Shown here piece by piece: positions 27,458 to 36,587 of a stretch of 64,000 nucleotides of DNA. The stretch spans positions 55,217 to 119,216 of the IMG/VR virus record IMGVR_UViG_3300047274_000273. One strand, written 5' to 3'. The notes under the pieces were generated by a model. The model searched no databases. It was given only the letters and a program-made list of their open reading frames with translations, and was not told where the DNA came from. This DNA comes from a virus (taxonomy: Duplodnaviria > Heunggongvirae > Uroviricota > Caudoviricetes). The stretch's first letter is position 1, and every line of letters begins with the position of its first letter. The position numbers and the translations under genes were made by a program.

Positions 27458-28567
27458 ATGAGCAAACAACAATATAATTTACAAACAAAGACAGATTATC
27501 TTAACCGTAAGATGTTCCTAGATCCAGCGGGTCCAGTTACCATCCAACGATTCGAAGAAGTCAAGTATAACAAGATTGCAGACTTTGAAAAAACTGCACG
27601 TGGTTTCTTTTGGGTTCCTGAAGAAATTTCGTTAACCAAAGACGCACAAGATTTCAAGGATGCATCAGATGCGGTCAAACATATCTTCACTAGCAATCTG
27701 CTTAGGCAAACTGCTCTTGACAGTCTGCAAGGTCGCGGCCCAAGTCAAATCTTTACTCCGGTCGTAAGCCTCCCTGAGTTAGAAAGTCTTGTCTACAATT
27801 GGACATTCTTTGAAACTAATATTCATAGTCGTTCATACAGCCACATCATTCGTAACATCTACAACGTGCCTAAGGAAGTGTTTAACACTATCCATGACAC
27901 TAAAGAAATTGTTGACATGGCAAGTAGTGTTGGCAAGTACTATGATTATCTACATAGATTAAACTGCCGGAAAGAACTCAATGACAATGGTATCGCAGTC
28001 AGCGAAGAAGAACATATCAAATCTATTTGGCTGGCATTGAACGCTAGTTATGCCTTAGAAGCGTTCCGTTTTATGGTATCATTCGCTACAAGCCTAGCCA
28101 TGGTAGAGAATAAGATCTTTATTGGTAACGGTAATATCATCAGCCTAATCCTACAAGACGAGCTACTACACAAAGGCTGGACTGCCTGGTTGATCAATCA
28201 AGTAGTTAAGGAAGACCCGCGTTTTGCTCGAGCTAAACAAGAGTGTGAAGCTGAAGTCTATGAACTGTACATGGATGTGATCCGTGAGGAAAAACAGTGG
28301 GCAGATTATCTGTTCAAGAAAGGTCCTGTGATCGGTCTGAACGCTAACATCCTAAAAGATTTTGTCGACTATACCGCAGCCACCGGATTAAAAGAAATTG
28401 GTATTCGTTATCAACAGGCTGCTCCAAAATCAACTCCGATTCCTTGGTTTAACAAGCATAGCGACACCAGCAAAAAGCAGACCGCTCTACAGGAAAGCGA
28501 AAGTACCAATTATGTAATCGGTGTGATGAGTGAAAAAATCGACTACGAAGAATTACCGGCTATATAA
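27458..28567 (+). CDS. nrdB: ribonucleoside-diphosphate reductase small subunit
   Basis: Di-iron / tyrosyl-radical ligand pattern (E..H...E, ESxxxNYV C-terminus). Confidence 0.85.
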   Translation: MSKQQYNLQTKTDYLNRKMFLDPAGPVTIQRFEEVKYNKIADFEKTARGFFWVPEEISLTKDAQDFKDASDAVKHIFTSNLLRQTALDSLQGRGPSQIFTPVVSLPELESLVYNWTFFETNIHSRSYSHIIRNIYNVPKEVFNTIHDTKEIVDMASSVGKYYDYLHRLNCRKELNDNGIAVSEEEHIKSIWLALNASYALEAFRFMVSFATSLAMVENKIFIGNGNIISLILQDELLHKGWTAWLINQVVKEDPRFARAKQECEAEVYELYMDVIREEKQWADYLFKKGPVIGLNANILKDFVDYTAATGLKEIGIRYQQAAPKSTPIPWFNKHSDTSKKQTALQESESTNYVIGVMSEKIDYEELPAI

Positions 28568-28584
28568 GAAGAAAGGAAACAGAC

Positions 28585-28815
28585 ATGAAGGCAATAGTAT
28601 GGAGCAAGTACAACTGCCCATTTTGTGATCAGGCCAAGATGCTATTGAACCAAAAGGGTATCGCATTTGAAGAGCGTAAAATTGGTGATGGTTATACCAA
28701 AGAAGATTTACTAGAAGCAGTACCAACAGCAAGAACAGTGCCACAGATTTTTCTAGGAGAAGAATTAATTGGTGGATTCACAGAATTAAAGAAAAGGTTA
28801 GAAAATGTTAATTGA
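28585..28815 (+). CDS. glutaredoxin (NrdC/GrxC-like)
   Basis: CPFC active site, TVPQIF, GGF(T)E. Placed directly after nrdAB, as in T4-like phages. Confidence 0.8.
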   Translation: MKAIVWSKYNCPFCDQAKMLLNQKGIAFEERKIGDGYTKEDLLEAVPTARTVPQIFLGEELIGGFTELKKRLENVN

Positions 28816-29098
28816 TAAAGGTGTGGCAGCAGGAGAAGTAATCACGTTGAAATTGACCAGCGGCGAAGAATTAATCGGCAAGCTAGTAGAAGACAGCCCT
28901 ATGCACTATAAGATTTCAAAGCCAATGGTGTTGACAGCTGGACAACAGGGCCTAGGCATGGCTCCTTATCTGTTTACGGTCAATCCAGACAAAGACATCA
29001 AGATTTCTAAGAGTAATGTTACGGTTTGTGAAGCCACAGACAAACAGTTCGCTGATTCTTATATTTCAGGTACTACAGGTATCGCGATGGCGAGATAA
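28805..29098 (+). CDS. hypothetical protein
   Basis: ORF only. Confidence 0.35.
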   Translation: MLIDKGVAAGEVITLKLTSGEELIGKLVEDSPMHYKISKPMVLTAGQQGLGMAPYLFTVNPDKDIKISKSNVTVCEATDKQFADSYISGTTGIAMAR

Positions 29099-29101
29099 TA
29101 G

Positions 29102-29542
29102 ATGGCTCTGCAAGATAGAATACAATCAAGCACTGTTGTCGGGGAAGATTCGTCGAACCCCGTGACAGTGATCTATGATGATGTATCCGGCCACTTACAA
29201 ATAGATTATTCTTCTTATTATAATAGAATCGCAGCATCGTTAGAAACACTAGCAGCTAATTCTGCAGGTATTAAATCATCATTGCAGACCATAGAAGAAA
29301 AACAAACTGCGATGGAGTCCTATCAAAAGAAAATAAAAGAGTTGGCAGAGGGTGAAGGAATACACTTTTTGAGTCCTCTAGAGTACGTTGGATTCATAAC
29401 CACATATCGACTTTTGATCGAAGAAGGTAAGATTCTAAGTTGGAGAGATCTCCAGCCCACAGATAAAGAATTAAGTAAATCTCTCAATGATCTTGGCAAG
29501 TACATAGACAAGATCAGACAGAACATTCCAAAGGCCTTTTAA
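29102..29542 (+). CDS. hypothetical protein
   Basis: ORF only. Confidence 0.35.
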   Translation: MALQDRIQSSTVVGEDSSNPVTVIYDDVSGHLQIDYSSYYNRIAASLETLAANSAGIKSSLQTIEEKQTAMESYQKKIKELAEGEGIHFLSPLEYVGFITTYRLLIEEGKILSWRDLQPTDKELSKSLNDLGKYIDKIRQNIPKAF

Positions 29543-29543
29543 T

Positions 29544-29804
29544 ATGCCAGGCGCAGCGAGACAAGGACAAGATACAGCAGGCGGAGTTATAATCGGCGGA
29601 TCACCGAACGTATTTGTTAACCTCTCTCCTGTAGCAAGAATTGGCGACCCAGTTGTGCCTCACGGCAAAGGTCCTCATGCCGGACCAGTGATGGCGGCAG
29701 GCAGCGGAAATGTCTTTGCTAACAATATTCCTGTGTGCAGAGCAGGTGACACAGCTACCTGTGGTCATGCAGCTTCCGGTTCAGGAAATGTAATCGTAAA
29801 TTAA
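29544..29804 (+). CDS. PAAR-repeat protein (spike-tip, gp5.4-like)
   Basis: Repeated GDxxxCGH/PAAR-like segments: IGDPVVPHGKGPHAGP and RAGDTATCGHAASG. Confidence 0.7.
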   Translation: MPGAARQGQDTAGGVIIGGSPNVFVNLSPVARIGDPVVPHGKGPHAGPVMAAGSGNVFANNIPVCRAGDTATCGHAASGSGNVIVN

Positions 29805-29805
29805 T

Positions 29806-30216
29806 ATGAAAAAATTATTTTGGAACATCTTAGGATTTTTAAGTCTAGGTCTAGCCTATATAGGTTTGATCACCCCGGGTATCCCATACAGTCCGTTTAT
29901 CGTATTCTCTGCTTACTGCTTCAGCAAAGGCAGCGAACGTATGCATCGATGGATCTATAATCACAAGATCTTTGGGCCTTTCCTCACTAACTGGAACGAA
30001 AAGCGTGTATTCCCAACCAAACTAAGATATCTGATGTTGTTTATGATGAGCCTAAGTTTGGTACTAATGTACACAGGGGGAGTCAAACCCATAGGTATCG
30101 CCAGCACTGCTGTATTCATGGCCTTGGTTGCAGTCTGGGCATGGAGATATCCTGCTACCCCCGAAGAGCATGACCAACGTAAACTAGAAGGCAAGAAAAT
30201 TGGCTGGTGGAAATGA
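29806..30216 (+). CDS. inner-membrane protein, YbaN/DUF454-like
   Basis: Two TM pairs and the GIPYSPF motif. Confidence 0.5.
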   Translation: MKKLFWNILGFLSLGLAYIGLITPGIPYSPFIVFSAYCFSKGSERMHRWIYNHKIFGPFLTNWNEKRVFPTKLRYLMLFMMSLSLVLMYTGGVKPIGIASTAVFMALVAVWAWRYPATPEEHDQRKLEGKKIGWWK

Positions 30217-30953
30217 ACCTAGGCTTCTACGGTCACAGTGCCTGTAGATCAAAAAAAGAAAACAGTCACACTAGTTTATTAGCTGATAGATTATCGGCCA
30301 ATATAGTCAATATTGGTGTATCACACGGCAGCGAAGAGCGTATACTCCACGAACTAAAAAAGACCAAAAAGATCGACTTTGCTGTCATATTCCATTCGTA
30401 TCCCTGGTACGTTTACATACTGGATGTAGATCGTGATATCGACATTACGAAAAATATAGAGGAAAAAGCCGAATATTTGTATCCAAGACATTATCGAGAT
30501 TTCGAGAATCCCGAACTCATAGATAAAGACAAACATCCAAAATTTTACAAAAAATATTCAACTGCTATTGAGTTCCAGAATGTAATACAAAACTATAAAC
30601 AAAATTTTTACGATCCAGACCTTTTCAAATATAGATTCGAAGGTGCTGTAATCTCTATAGATTATTATCTCAAATTTAAAAATCTTCCCTGTTATCATAT
30701 TGTCGATCCGGATAAAAATTTCCTACCTTCGTGGTATAAGATACAATCCGGCCCGGTTGACTACGAATTAATGACCTACATCAAATCCAAACAATCTCGG
30801 GGCCCTAATCTAATAAGCAAAGAAGCCAATCAATATGTAGCAGACTATCTTTATGATAAAATTGCGGCCAGTGGTAGAGTGGTGCATACGCCAAATGTCC
30901 AATTTGGAGACGGAGGTTCGAATCCCCCGGCCGCTCCAGCTAACAATGTTTGA
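30207..30953 (+). CDS. hypothetical protein (3' end overlaps a tRNA-Gly-like element)
   Basis: ORF only. Confidence 0.35.
   Translation: MEMNLGFYGHSACRSKKENSHTSLLADRLSANIVNIGVSHGSEERILHELKKTKKIDFAVIFHSYPWYVYILDVDRDIDITKNIEEKAEYLYPRHYRDFENPELIDKDKHPKFYKKYSTAIEFQNVIQNYKQNFYDPDLFKYRFEGAVISIDYYLKFKNLPCYHIVDPDKNFLPSWYKIQSGPVDYELMTYIKSKQSRGPNLISKEANQYVADYLYDKIAASGRVVHTPNVQFGDGGSNPPAAPANNV
30864..30938 (+). pseudogene. degenerate tRNA-Gly(UCC)-like element embedded in a CDS 3' end
   Basis: Canonical T-arm GGAGGTTCGAATCCCCC; acceptor GCGGCC/GGCCGC with discriminator U and CCA; perfect 5-bp anticodon stem around tgTCCaa. The 5' D-stem strand is missing, position 33 is G, and there are A-C mismatches. 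Confidence 0.4.
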
Positions 30954-31377
30954 ATATCTTGATCATTTGCCTAAAATACCCGAACATCTAATAGCGCAGG
31001 TCTATGAATGTTTAGAATCGGATAATCTTTTTTCGAATAAAAAAATACACGGCAAATATGGAACCTATGCTATCACTAACGATCTAGCAGATTGGTTGTC
31101 TACTTTCTTTTCTCGTGAATACATGTTTAAGGTACAGAGAGTGGAAAATGGACTACATGCACACATAGACAAATCTAGACTAGAAGCCTTCAATTATCTA
31201 ATCGATACGGGTGGCCCTGAAGCTGCTCTGTGTTACTATGACAATCTCGGAAATATCACAGCCCAATTTCAAATCGAAGCACACCGCTGGCACAGAATCG
31301 ATGTCACACATCTGCATACTGTAAAACATATCAAAACAACTAGGATAGCCATAACTGTATTCAAACCTCTTGACTAA
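30946..31377 (+). CDS. hypothetical protein
   Basis: ATGTTTGA overlap with the upstream stop. Confidence 0.35.
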   Translation: MFEYLDHLPKIPEHLIAQVYECLESDNLFSNKKIHGKYGTYAITNDLADWLSTFFSREYMFKVQRVENGLHAHIDKSRLEAFNYLIDTGGPEAALCYYDNLGNITAQFQIEAHRWHRIDVTHLHTVKHIKTTRIAITVFKPLD

Positions 31378-31613
31378 TTTCTAAAAAGATTGTATAGTTA
31401 TCTATATCACTTTTGGAAGGTAACCTATGGCCAAGATCTTTTTGACATTTTTTCTTTTAGTAGTAATCTTTTATTTTTCCATTAATGCCGTACGGACATT
31501 GAATAAAAAGGAAAAATGGGCATTGACCAAGACCGTAGGCTATGCTATACTATGCGCATCGCTGGCTGTTCTAGCGATGATTTCTATCGTAATTCTCTTT
31601 TAAGGACACAGAC

Positions 31614-32411
31614 ATGAAACGTATTTTCACTCTCTCTATTCTCGCCGCCGCCGTCCTGGCCACTGGCTGCACTCGTATCGAAACCGGTGAGGTCGGTGTT
31701 CGAGTTGGTTTCGACAAGCAGGTCAAGCCCGGCGAACTCTTGCCCGGCTCATTCAACCAAACTATCATCGGTGATGTGCTTACATTTCCGATCAAGGATG
31801 TTAATGTTGTTCTTGAGAACATGACTCCTGTGGCCAAAGACAACAGCACTATGAAAGACTTTGATGCTGTGGTAGTCTACAACATCAATCCACAGAGCGT
31901 AGCTGAACTCTACAGCACCAAGAACAAGGCATTCCACGCAGAGTTCAAAGGTGACACCTACGTGATGTATAACTATGTTGTACAGAATGCTCGTAACGCT
32001 ATCTACAAGGCAGCACGTAAGTATGAAGCCTTGGACATGGCAGACAATCGCGAGCCTATGGAAAAGTACATCCAGGAAGAAATCACTCGTAATCTTGCCG
32101 AAGAAAAACTAGACGGCACTATCATCATTAGCCAAGTTCTAATCCGTAATGTAGTGCCTGCTGATTCAGTTGTTGAATCCGCTAATGCTCTTGTTCGTGC
32201 CAAGAACGAATACAAGCAGAAGGAAGTCGAAGTGCAAACTGCCAAGAAAGAAGCAGAACGTATGGCCGCATTGGCTAACAATTCAGCAAGTTCTATCGCA
32301 TTCATGAACGCACAGGCCGCACTTAATATTTCCGAAGGTATTAAGAACGGTAAAGTCCAGACTATCGTTGTTCCTGCTAACTTTAATGCTTTGATGTTAC
32401 CTAAGCAGTAA
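31614..32411 (+). CDS. SPFH/Band-7 domain lipoprotein
   Basis: Lipobox LATGC; ETGEVGVRVGF...FDAVVVYNINP SPFH core; C-terminal coiled coil. Confidence 0.65.
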   Translation: MKRIFTLSILAAAVLATGCTRIETGEVGVRVGFDKQVKPGELLPGSFNQTIIGDVLTFPIKDVNVVLENMTPVAKDNSTMKDFDAVVVYNINPQSVAELYSTKNKAFHAEFKGDTYVMYNYVVQNARNAIYKAARKYEALDMADNREPMEKYIQEEITRNLAEEKLDGTIIISQVLIRNVVPADSVVESANALVRAKNEYKQKEVEVQTAKKEAERMAALANNSASSIAFMNAQAALNISEGIKNGKVQTIVVPANFNALMLPKQ

Positions 32412-32412
32412 T

Positions 32413-32604
32413 ATGGCTCTGAGAATGATCAAGAAACTTTTCAGACCTCATCCTAATAATAGATATCCCGTGACACGGGATCCCAAACGGAATCCTAGGT
32501 GCTATGAACTCACTGATAAAGAGCGTGAAGAAGCTATTCAACGAGTGGATCGAATCTTACGAGAACGAACTGCTGAACACGAACACGGATACTACGGAGC
32601 CTAA
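32413..32604 (+). CDS. small basic protein
   Basis: ORF only. Confidence 0.3.
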   Translation: MALRMIKKLFRPHPNNRYPVTRDPKRNPRCYELTDKEREEAIQRVDRILRERTAEHEHGYYGA

Positions 32605-32720
32605 ATGACCAGGATTAGGATAGCCCTCGCTCGCTGGATTTTGGGTCGCCATTGTCCCTGCTACAAGATGGGCTATCATAATCTCTGCGATTTTCGTAAT
32701 CATAAGATCGGAAACAAAAA

Positions 32721-33065
32721 ATGAGTTTTCTAAGTTTTTTAGGATTTGGTAAAATGGTCAAAGATGGTGCAGAAGTTTTAGAGTTTCCAAAACCCAAGGC
32801 AGTTCCTAAGATGCCCGAAGTTCCACCACCTCCACCAAAAGAAGAGCCTGCTAAAATCTTTTATCGACTAGGAATAACCGATAACAACCGTGTTGCTTTT
32901 AGTATGGGCTACAGTGAAATACTAATGAATAAAGCGGGTTGTCAGCAAATGATTGATCAGATCGCCTTCTTTCAAAGTCAGTTACATGACGAAGGCGGCC
33001 CCTCTGATGATCCCGATGGTGGTTTGCCATTACCGGAAGAAGTTGAACAAGCAAAGGCAGCATGA
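32721..33065 (+). CDS. hypothetical Pro-rich protein
   Basis: ORF only. Confidence 0.35.
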   Translation: MSFLSFLGFGKMVKDGAEVLEFPKPKAVPKMPEVPPPPPKEEPAKIFYRLGITDNNRVAFSMGYSEILMNKAGCQQMIDQIAFFQSQLHDEGGPSDDPDGGLPLPEEVEQAKAA

Positions 33066-33736
33066 TGGGATCTATACTCAGTGACATCTTCGAAAGGATC
33101 GGAGATCTTGAAACGAAACCCCTACATAAGAATCACGGCAAGGCCGTAGATGTTGTAGAGTTTCCTTGTGTACATCGAGATGACAGCGAACCCCTGAGTA
33201 TAATTTGGCCTGATCTTAAACAAGGTCCTTGGCTCGCTGGCGGCGCCTGCCTGCGTTGGTATCAAGGACAGCCTGTGGGAGAAAATGACATTGATATATT
33301 CTGCTCCAGTGCAGAACAGGCACAGAACATCATCGATGATATCAAGAGCTATGGTAGATATTCTATAAAGTATGAAAGCGAAAATGCTACGACGTTGAGT
33401 TACTACAGTAAAGATTCTAATAAGACTTGGACATTACAGATCATCAAGCGTAGATATTTTACCAGCCTAAAAGACATCATCGATAACTTTGATATCTCTG
33501 TCTGCCAAATCGGAACTGCGGGCAATGATTGGTTATTAGGAAAGAATACCGCTCGCGATATTCGTGAGAGAAATCTGCGTATGAACATGCCTTTGCAGCC
33601 TGATGCTGTGAAAAGATTAGCGAAATACTGGACTTATGGTTATCGTCCAGTAGACGGGCTGTTAGATGCTGTTAGGGTGAATCCCATAGGAAAGAAAATG
33701 TTCCAAAGTAACGAGGACTATGAAAATGCGTTCTGA
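33062..33736 (+). CDS. nucleotidyltransferase with CCA-adding/poly(A)-polymerase-type head motif
   Basis: WLAGGACLRWYQGQPVGENDIDIF matches the GGxxR...G...DxDh head motif of class II tRNA nucleotidyltransferases and PAP. Confidence 0.45.
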   Translation: MMGSILSDIFERIGDLETKPLHKNHGKAVDVVEFPCVHRDDSEPLSIIWPDLKQGPWLAGGACLRWYQGQPVGENDIDIFCSSAEQAQNIIDDIKSYGRYSIKYESENATTLSYYSKDSNKTWTLQIIKRRYFTSLKDIIDNFDISVCQIGTAGNDWLLGKNTARDIRERNLRMNMPLQPDAVKRLAKYWTYGYRPVDGLLDAVRVNPIGKKMFQSNEDYENAF

Positions 33737-34115
33737 ACAATCATGGAGCCTTCTAGATCCGAAACCAGTGATGCTGTATCTTTCCAATCTAGATGAATAC
33801 ATCGTATATTGGAACGGTATCGCCACTACACATCTAATGGCTTTAAATTTAGCCATGGAGTATTATGGTATCTTTCCTACCCCTGAAATGAAATCAGCTA
33901 TGGAGCAAAACTACAGCAAGATTTACTATGCGAATGGTTTCAATACAAGAGCATGGGATCTTAAAGTATCCAGTTCGCCAATTTATCCCTATGTGAAAAG
34001 GCTGTTGGCAGAACACTGTAAAAAAGTGATTGACGAATCGGGTCGAGATATTTCTGAAGTTTTAGGCTGGTTCGATTACAGTCGAGCAAGAAAAGAACAA
34101 TGCGCTGATAGCTAA
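33720..34115 (+). CDS. hypothetical protein (3' end overlaps the tRNA by 14 nt)
   Basis: ORF only. Confidence 0.35.
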   Translation: MKMRSEQSWSLLDPKPVMLYLSNLDEYIVYWNGIATTHLMALNLAMEYYGIFPTPEMKSAMEQNYSKIYYANGFNTRAWDLKVSSSPIYPYVKRLLAEHCKKVIDESGRDISEVLGWFDYSRARKEQCADS

Positions 34116-34177
34116 ATGGAACAGCAGGAGCCTCTAAAACTCCAGATGCGTGGGTTCGATTCCCACTCAGCGCACCA
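34102..34177 (+). tRNA. tRNA with anticodon CUA (candidate amber suppressor), CCA encoded
   Basis: 76 nt. 7-bp acceptor stem GCGCUGA/UCAGCGC; U8; A14, G18, G19, A21; anticodon loop cuCUAaa with U33 and A37; T-arm GTGGG-TTCGATT-CCCAC; discriminator A; 3' CCA. One mismatch each in the D and anticodon stems; 6-nt variable loop. Confidence 0.6.
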
Positions 34178-34298
34178 GAGCAGCGAGACTATCACAACCT
34201 CAGTATGAGTCGCTAAGGTAGGCGCCTAATCCTTAGGGCAAGCAACAGTACGAAATTGTGAGTGGCACCTCGGAACTAGACGGGGCATAGGATTTAAA

Positions 34299-34550
34299 AT
34301 GGCAGCATTAATGTTTAAAACTAAAGAAGAAGCGCAGGCCTGGATCCGTTCAATTATGGGTCCTCCTAAGCGTATTCTCCATGGCGAAGAACACGATCGG
34401 GTTTGGTTGATGTTGCAGATGACAGAACCTGTTAGAGAAACTAACAATCAGCATAGTTGGTGTGCTGAATACAACGTTGGCGGAATTATGTATGATGTAC
34501 ATTATTTCCCAAACGAAGAACCTTTTATTGAGCAGTATCTAAATGATTGA
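34299..34550 (+). CDS. hypothetical protein
   Basis: ORF only. Confidence 0.35.
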   Translation: MAALMFKTKEEAQAWIRSIMGPPKRILHGEEHDRVWLMLQMTEPVRETNNQHSWCAEYNVGGIMYDVHYFPNEEPFIEQYLND

Positions 34551-34848
34551 TTATCACGAAGCACTTAAAGAAATGCATCAGGGCAAAGTAGTCAAATATG
34601 TTGGCACTGTGAATGGCAATGTAATGACTAACAAAGGTGCTAGTTTCTGTATGTGTCGCGGGTGTATCTTTCTTTTTGATAGTGGTGTAATCAAATGGAA
34701 CAAATTAGGCTATATGGTCTATGACCCAGACTTTCGTTATGAGCCAACAGGCGAAACAGTTGACCCTAGGGCTTGGAAACCAGAAAAGAAAAGTAAAGAA
34801 ATCAAATCAAAGTTAGGATACAGTCGTATTGGATTAAGCAATGTATAA
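34543..34848 (+). CDS. hypothetical protein
   Basis: ORF only. Confidence 0.35.
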   Translation: MIDYHEALKEMHQGKVVKYVGTVNGNVMTNKGASFCMCRGCIFLFDSGVIKWNKLGYMVYDPDFRYEPTGETVDPRAWKPEKKSKEIKSKLGYSRIGLSNV

Positions 34849-35026
34849 CGAACATTTTAAAAATCAAATAGAGCAAGGTGCTAGAGAAATGTTTTTCTAC
34901 GCACTTGAAAATGCAGATCAATCTAGGGTAGAAATAAAAAGTCACAAAGGTACAATTGATACTTTTCCTGAACTAGAATACATCCGCCATTTAAGCGATG
35001 GCGTTCCTTTATTCAAGAATAAATAG
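34841..35026 (+). CDS. hypothetical protein
   Basis: ORF only. Confidence 0.3.
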   Translation: MYNEHFKNQIEQGAREMFFYALENADQSRVEIKSHKGTIDTFPELEYIRHLSDGVPLFKNK

Positions 35027-35104
35027 AATTTGTAGGGTGGTCCTACAAACCAACACTCTTTAAACACTAGGTACTTAGAGTGTGTACCGTAACAAGGAGA
35101 AATC

Positions 35105-35839
35105 ATGATGTATGAATCAAAGCTCGCCGCGGCAATCAAAGTAGACGGTAAAGTCCTAAGAGAATTCAAGGACACAGTACATATCCCATTTGGCAGTGAA
35201 TATACAATCCTACTTAAGAACCTTAATACGACCCGTGCTGTCGTTAATGTTTTTATCGATGGTAACGATATGGTCCCTGGTGGACTTGTACTGGATCCTG
35301 GCAGAGAAGTCGACCTCGAACGATCGGTCAAGAACGGCAATCTCACAGAAGGCAATCGATTCAAGTTTATCGAACGCACAGGGAGTGTGGAAAAGCACAG
35401 GGGAATCGGTATTGAGGACGGACTGGTAAGAATCGAGTTCCAGTTCGAACAACCACCACGTCCTATCCTTTGGAATACTTCTAATATCAACAGTATCTAT
35501 CCGCAGGGCGGAATCCTTCGCGGTGTGAACGATGTTCATTACGGTGTGACTTGTTCTACAGCCAGCTATGATGCTACTTCTGTGAACAGCAGCCACTCGT
35601 TGTTAAACGATGTTGGTATCACTGTTCCCGGTAGTCACAGCACACAGAAGTTTTCAACTGCCTATGTTGGCGTACTAGAAAGTGTCAAACACTCAATGGT
35701 GTTCAAACTTTTCGGTGGTACTATGCCAAAACCGATTACAGTTAAGCACAAACCAAAATGTGTGACCTGCGGCAAGCAGAACAAAGCTACCAGCAAGTTT
35801 TGCCAAGAGTGCGGTACTGCTCTTGAAATATTCGCATAA
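35105..35839 (+). CDS. hypothetical protein with C-terminal zinc-ribbon
   Basis: SD aaggag; C-terminal CVTCG...CQECG double Cys pair. Confidence 0.4.
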   Translation: MMYESKLAAAIKVDGKVLREFKDTVHIPFGSEYTILLKNLNTTRAVVNVFIDGNDMVPGGLVLDPGREVDLERSVKNGNLTEGNRFKFIERTGSVEKHRGIGIEDGLVRIEFQFEQPPRPILWNTSNINSIYPQGGILRGVNDVHYGVTCSTASYDATSVNSSHSLLNDVGITVPGSHSTQKFSTAYVGVLESVKHSMVFKLFGGTMPKPITVKHKPKCVTCGKQNKATSKFCQECGTALEIFA

Positions 35840-36030
35840 GTAGTATATAATGAAAAGCATACGACACGGCACAGCAGCAGCCAACTCAAAGTTGCGTGGT
35901 CGTAAGACCGCGATGCTAACCTGCCGTTGTTGTATGCTGATTAATTTCAAACACGAAGAACGTGTAAAAGAAGCCAAAACTGACATAAGGAGATATCAAA
36001 ATGGCCTAGATTGAATATGCTTGTAAGGAC

Positions 36031-36561
36031 GTGGTGTTCCATTTCAACAAAAAACACCTAGAGGACCAAACCATACCTATGTGGGTCCTAAAAACACATG
36101 GGGAATCATTTTACGTCAATCACGTGACCTGCGAGATACCTTGGACTACCAAGGAAACGCCAGACAACTCGCATACCAAAGGCAGTATCAAAGTCAAAGA
36201 TTGTCTATTGACAATTGACGAAGAAAACTCTGCTACTATCAGTAATCTTTCAGTATTTGATAAAATCCGCTTACGCAACCAAAAGTTGGGTATCACTAGG
36301 ATAATCTTCTCTTGGGGATCCAAGATGCATACAGCTCTAGCCGGAAACGAGTTCAAACACAGTCCTTTCAAGAATGTTGAAGGAGGCTGTGGAACTAGTT
36401 TCGTTATCTGCGATCTACTAAAGAAAGAAGAAGCTACATTAGCAGCGTTGAAATATCCAAACTGTTGGCGTGTTCTCAAACCAAATGAGGCCTACTATCA
36501 GCGATACGATCAGAAAGGCACGATTTGGGAAGATGAAGATCTTGACGAGGATGACGAATGA
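36031..36561 (+). CDS. hypothetical protein
   Basis: ORF only. Confidence 0.35.
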   Translation: MVFHFNKKHLEDQTIPMWVLKTHGESFYVNHVTCEIPWTTKETPDNSHTKGSIKVKDCLLTIDEENSATISNLSVFDKIRLRNQKLGITRIIFSWGSKMHTALAGNEFKHSPFKNVEGGCGTSFVICDLLKKEEATLAALKYPNCWRVLKPNEAYYQRYDQKGTIWEDEDLDEDDE

Positions 36562-36587
36562 GTGTTAAATAACTGTATTGCTGTATG

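Noticed and set aside
34178-34298. Second tRNA or tmRNA piece downstream of the tRNA(CUA)
   Set aside because: Contains hairpins (agcgag.../...agtcgct; cctaa-tcc-ttagg) but no T-arm, acceptor or CCA pattern; probably terminator or processing structures.
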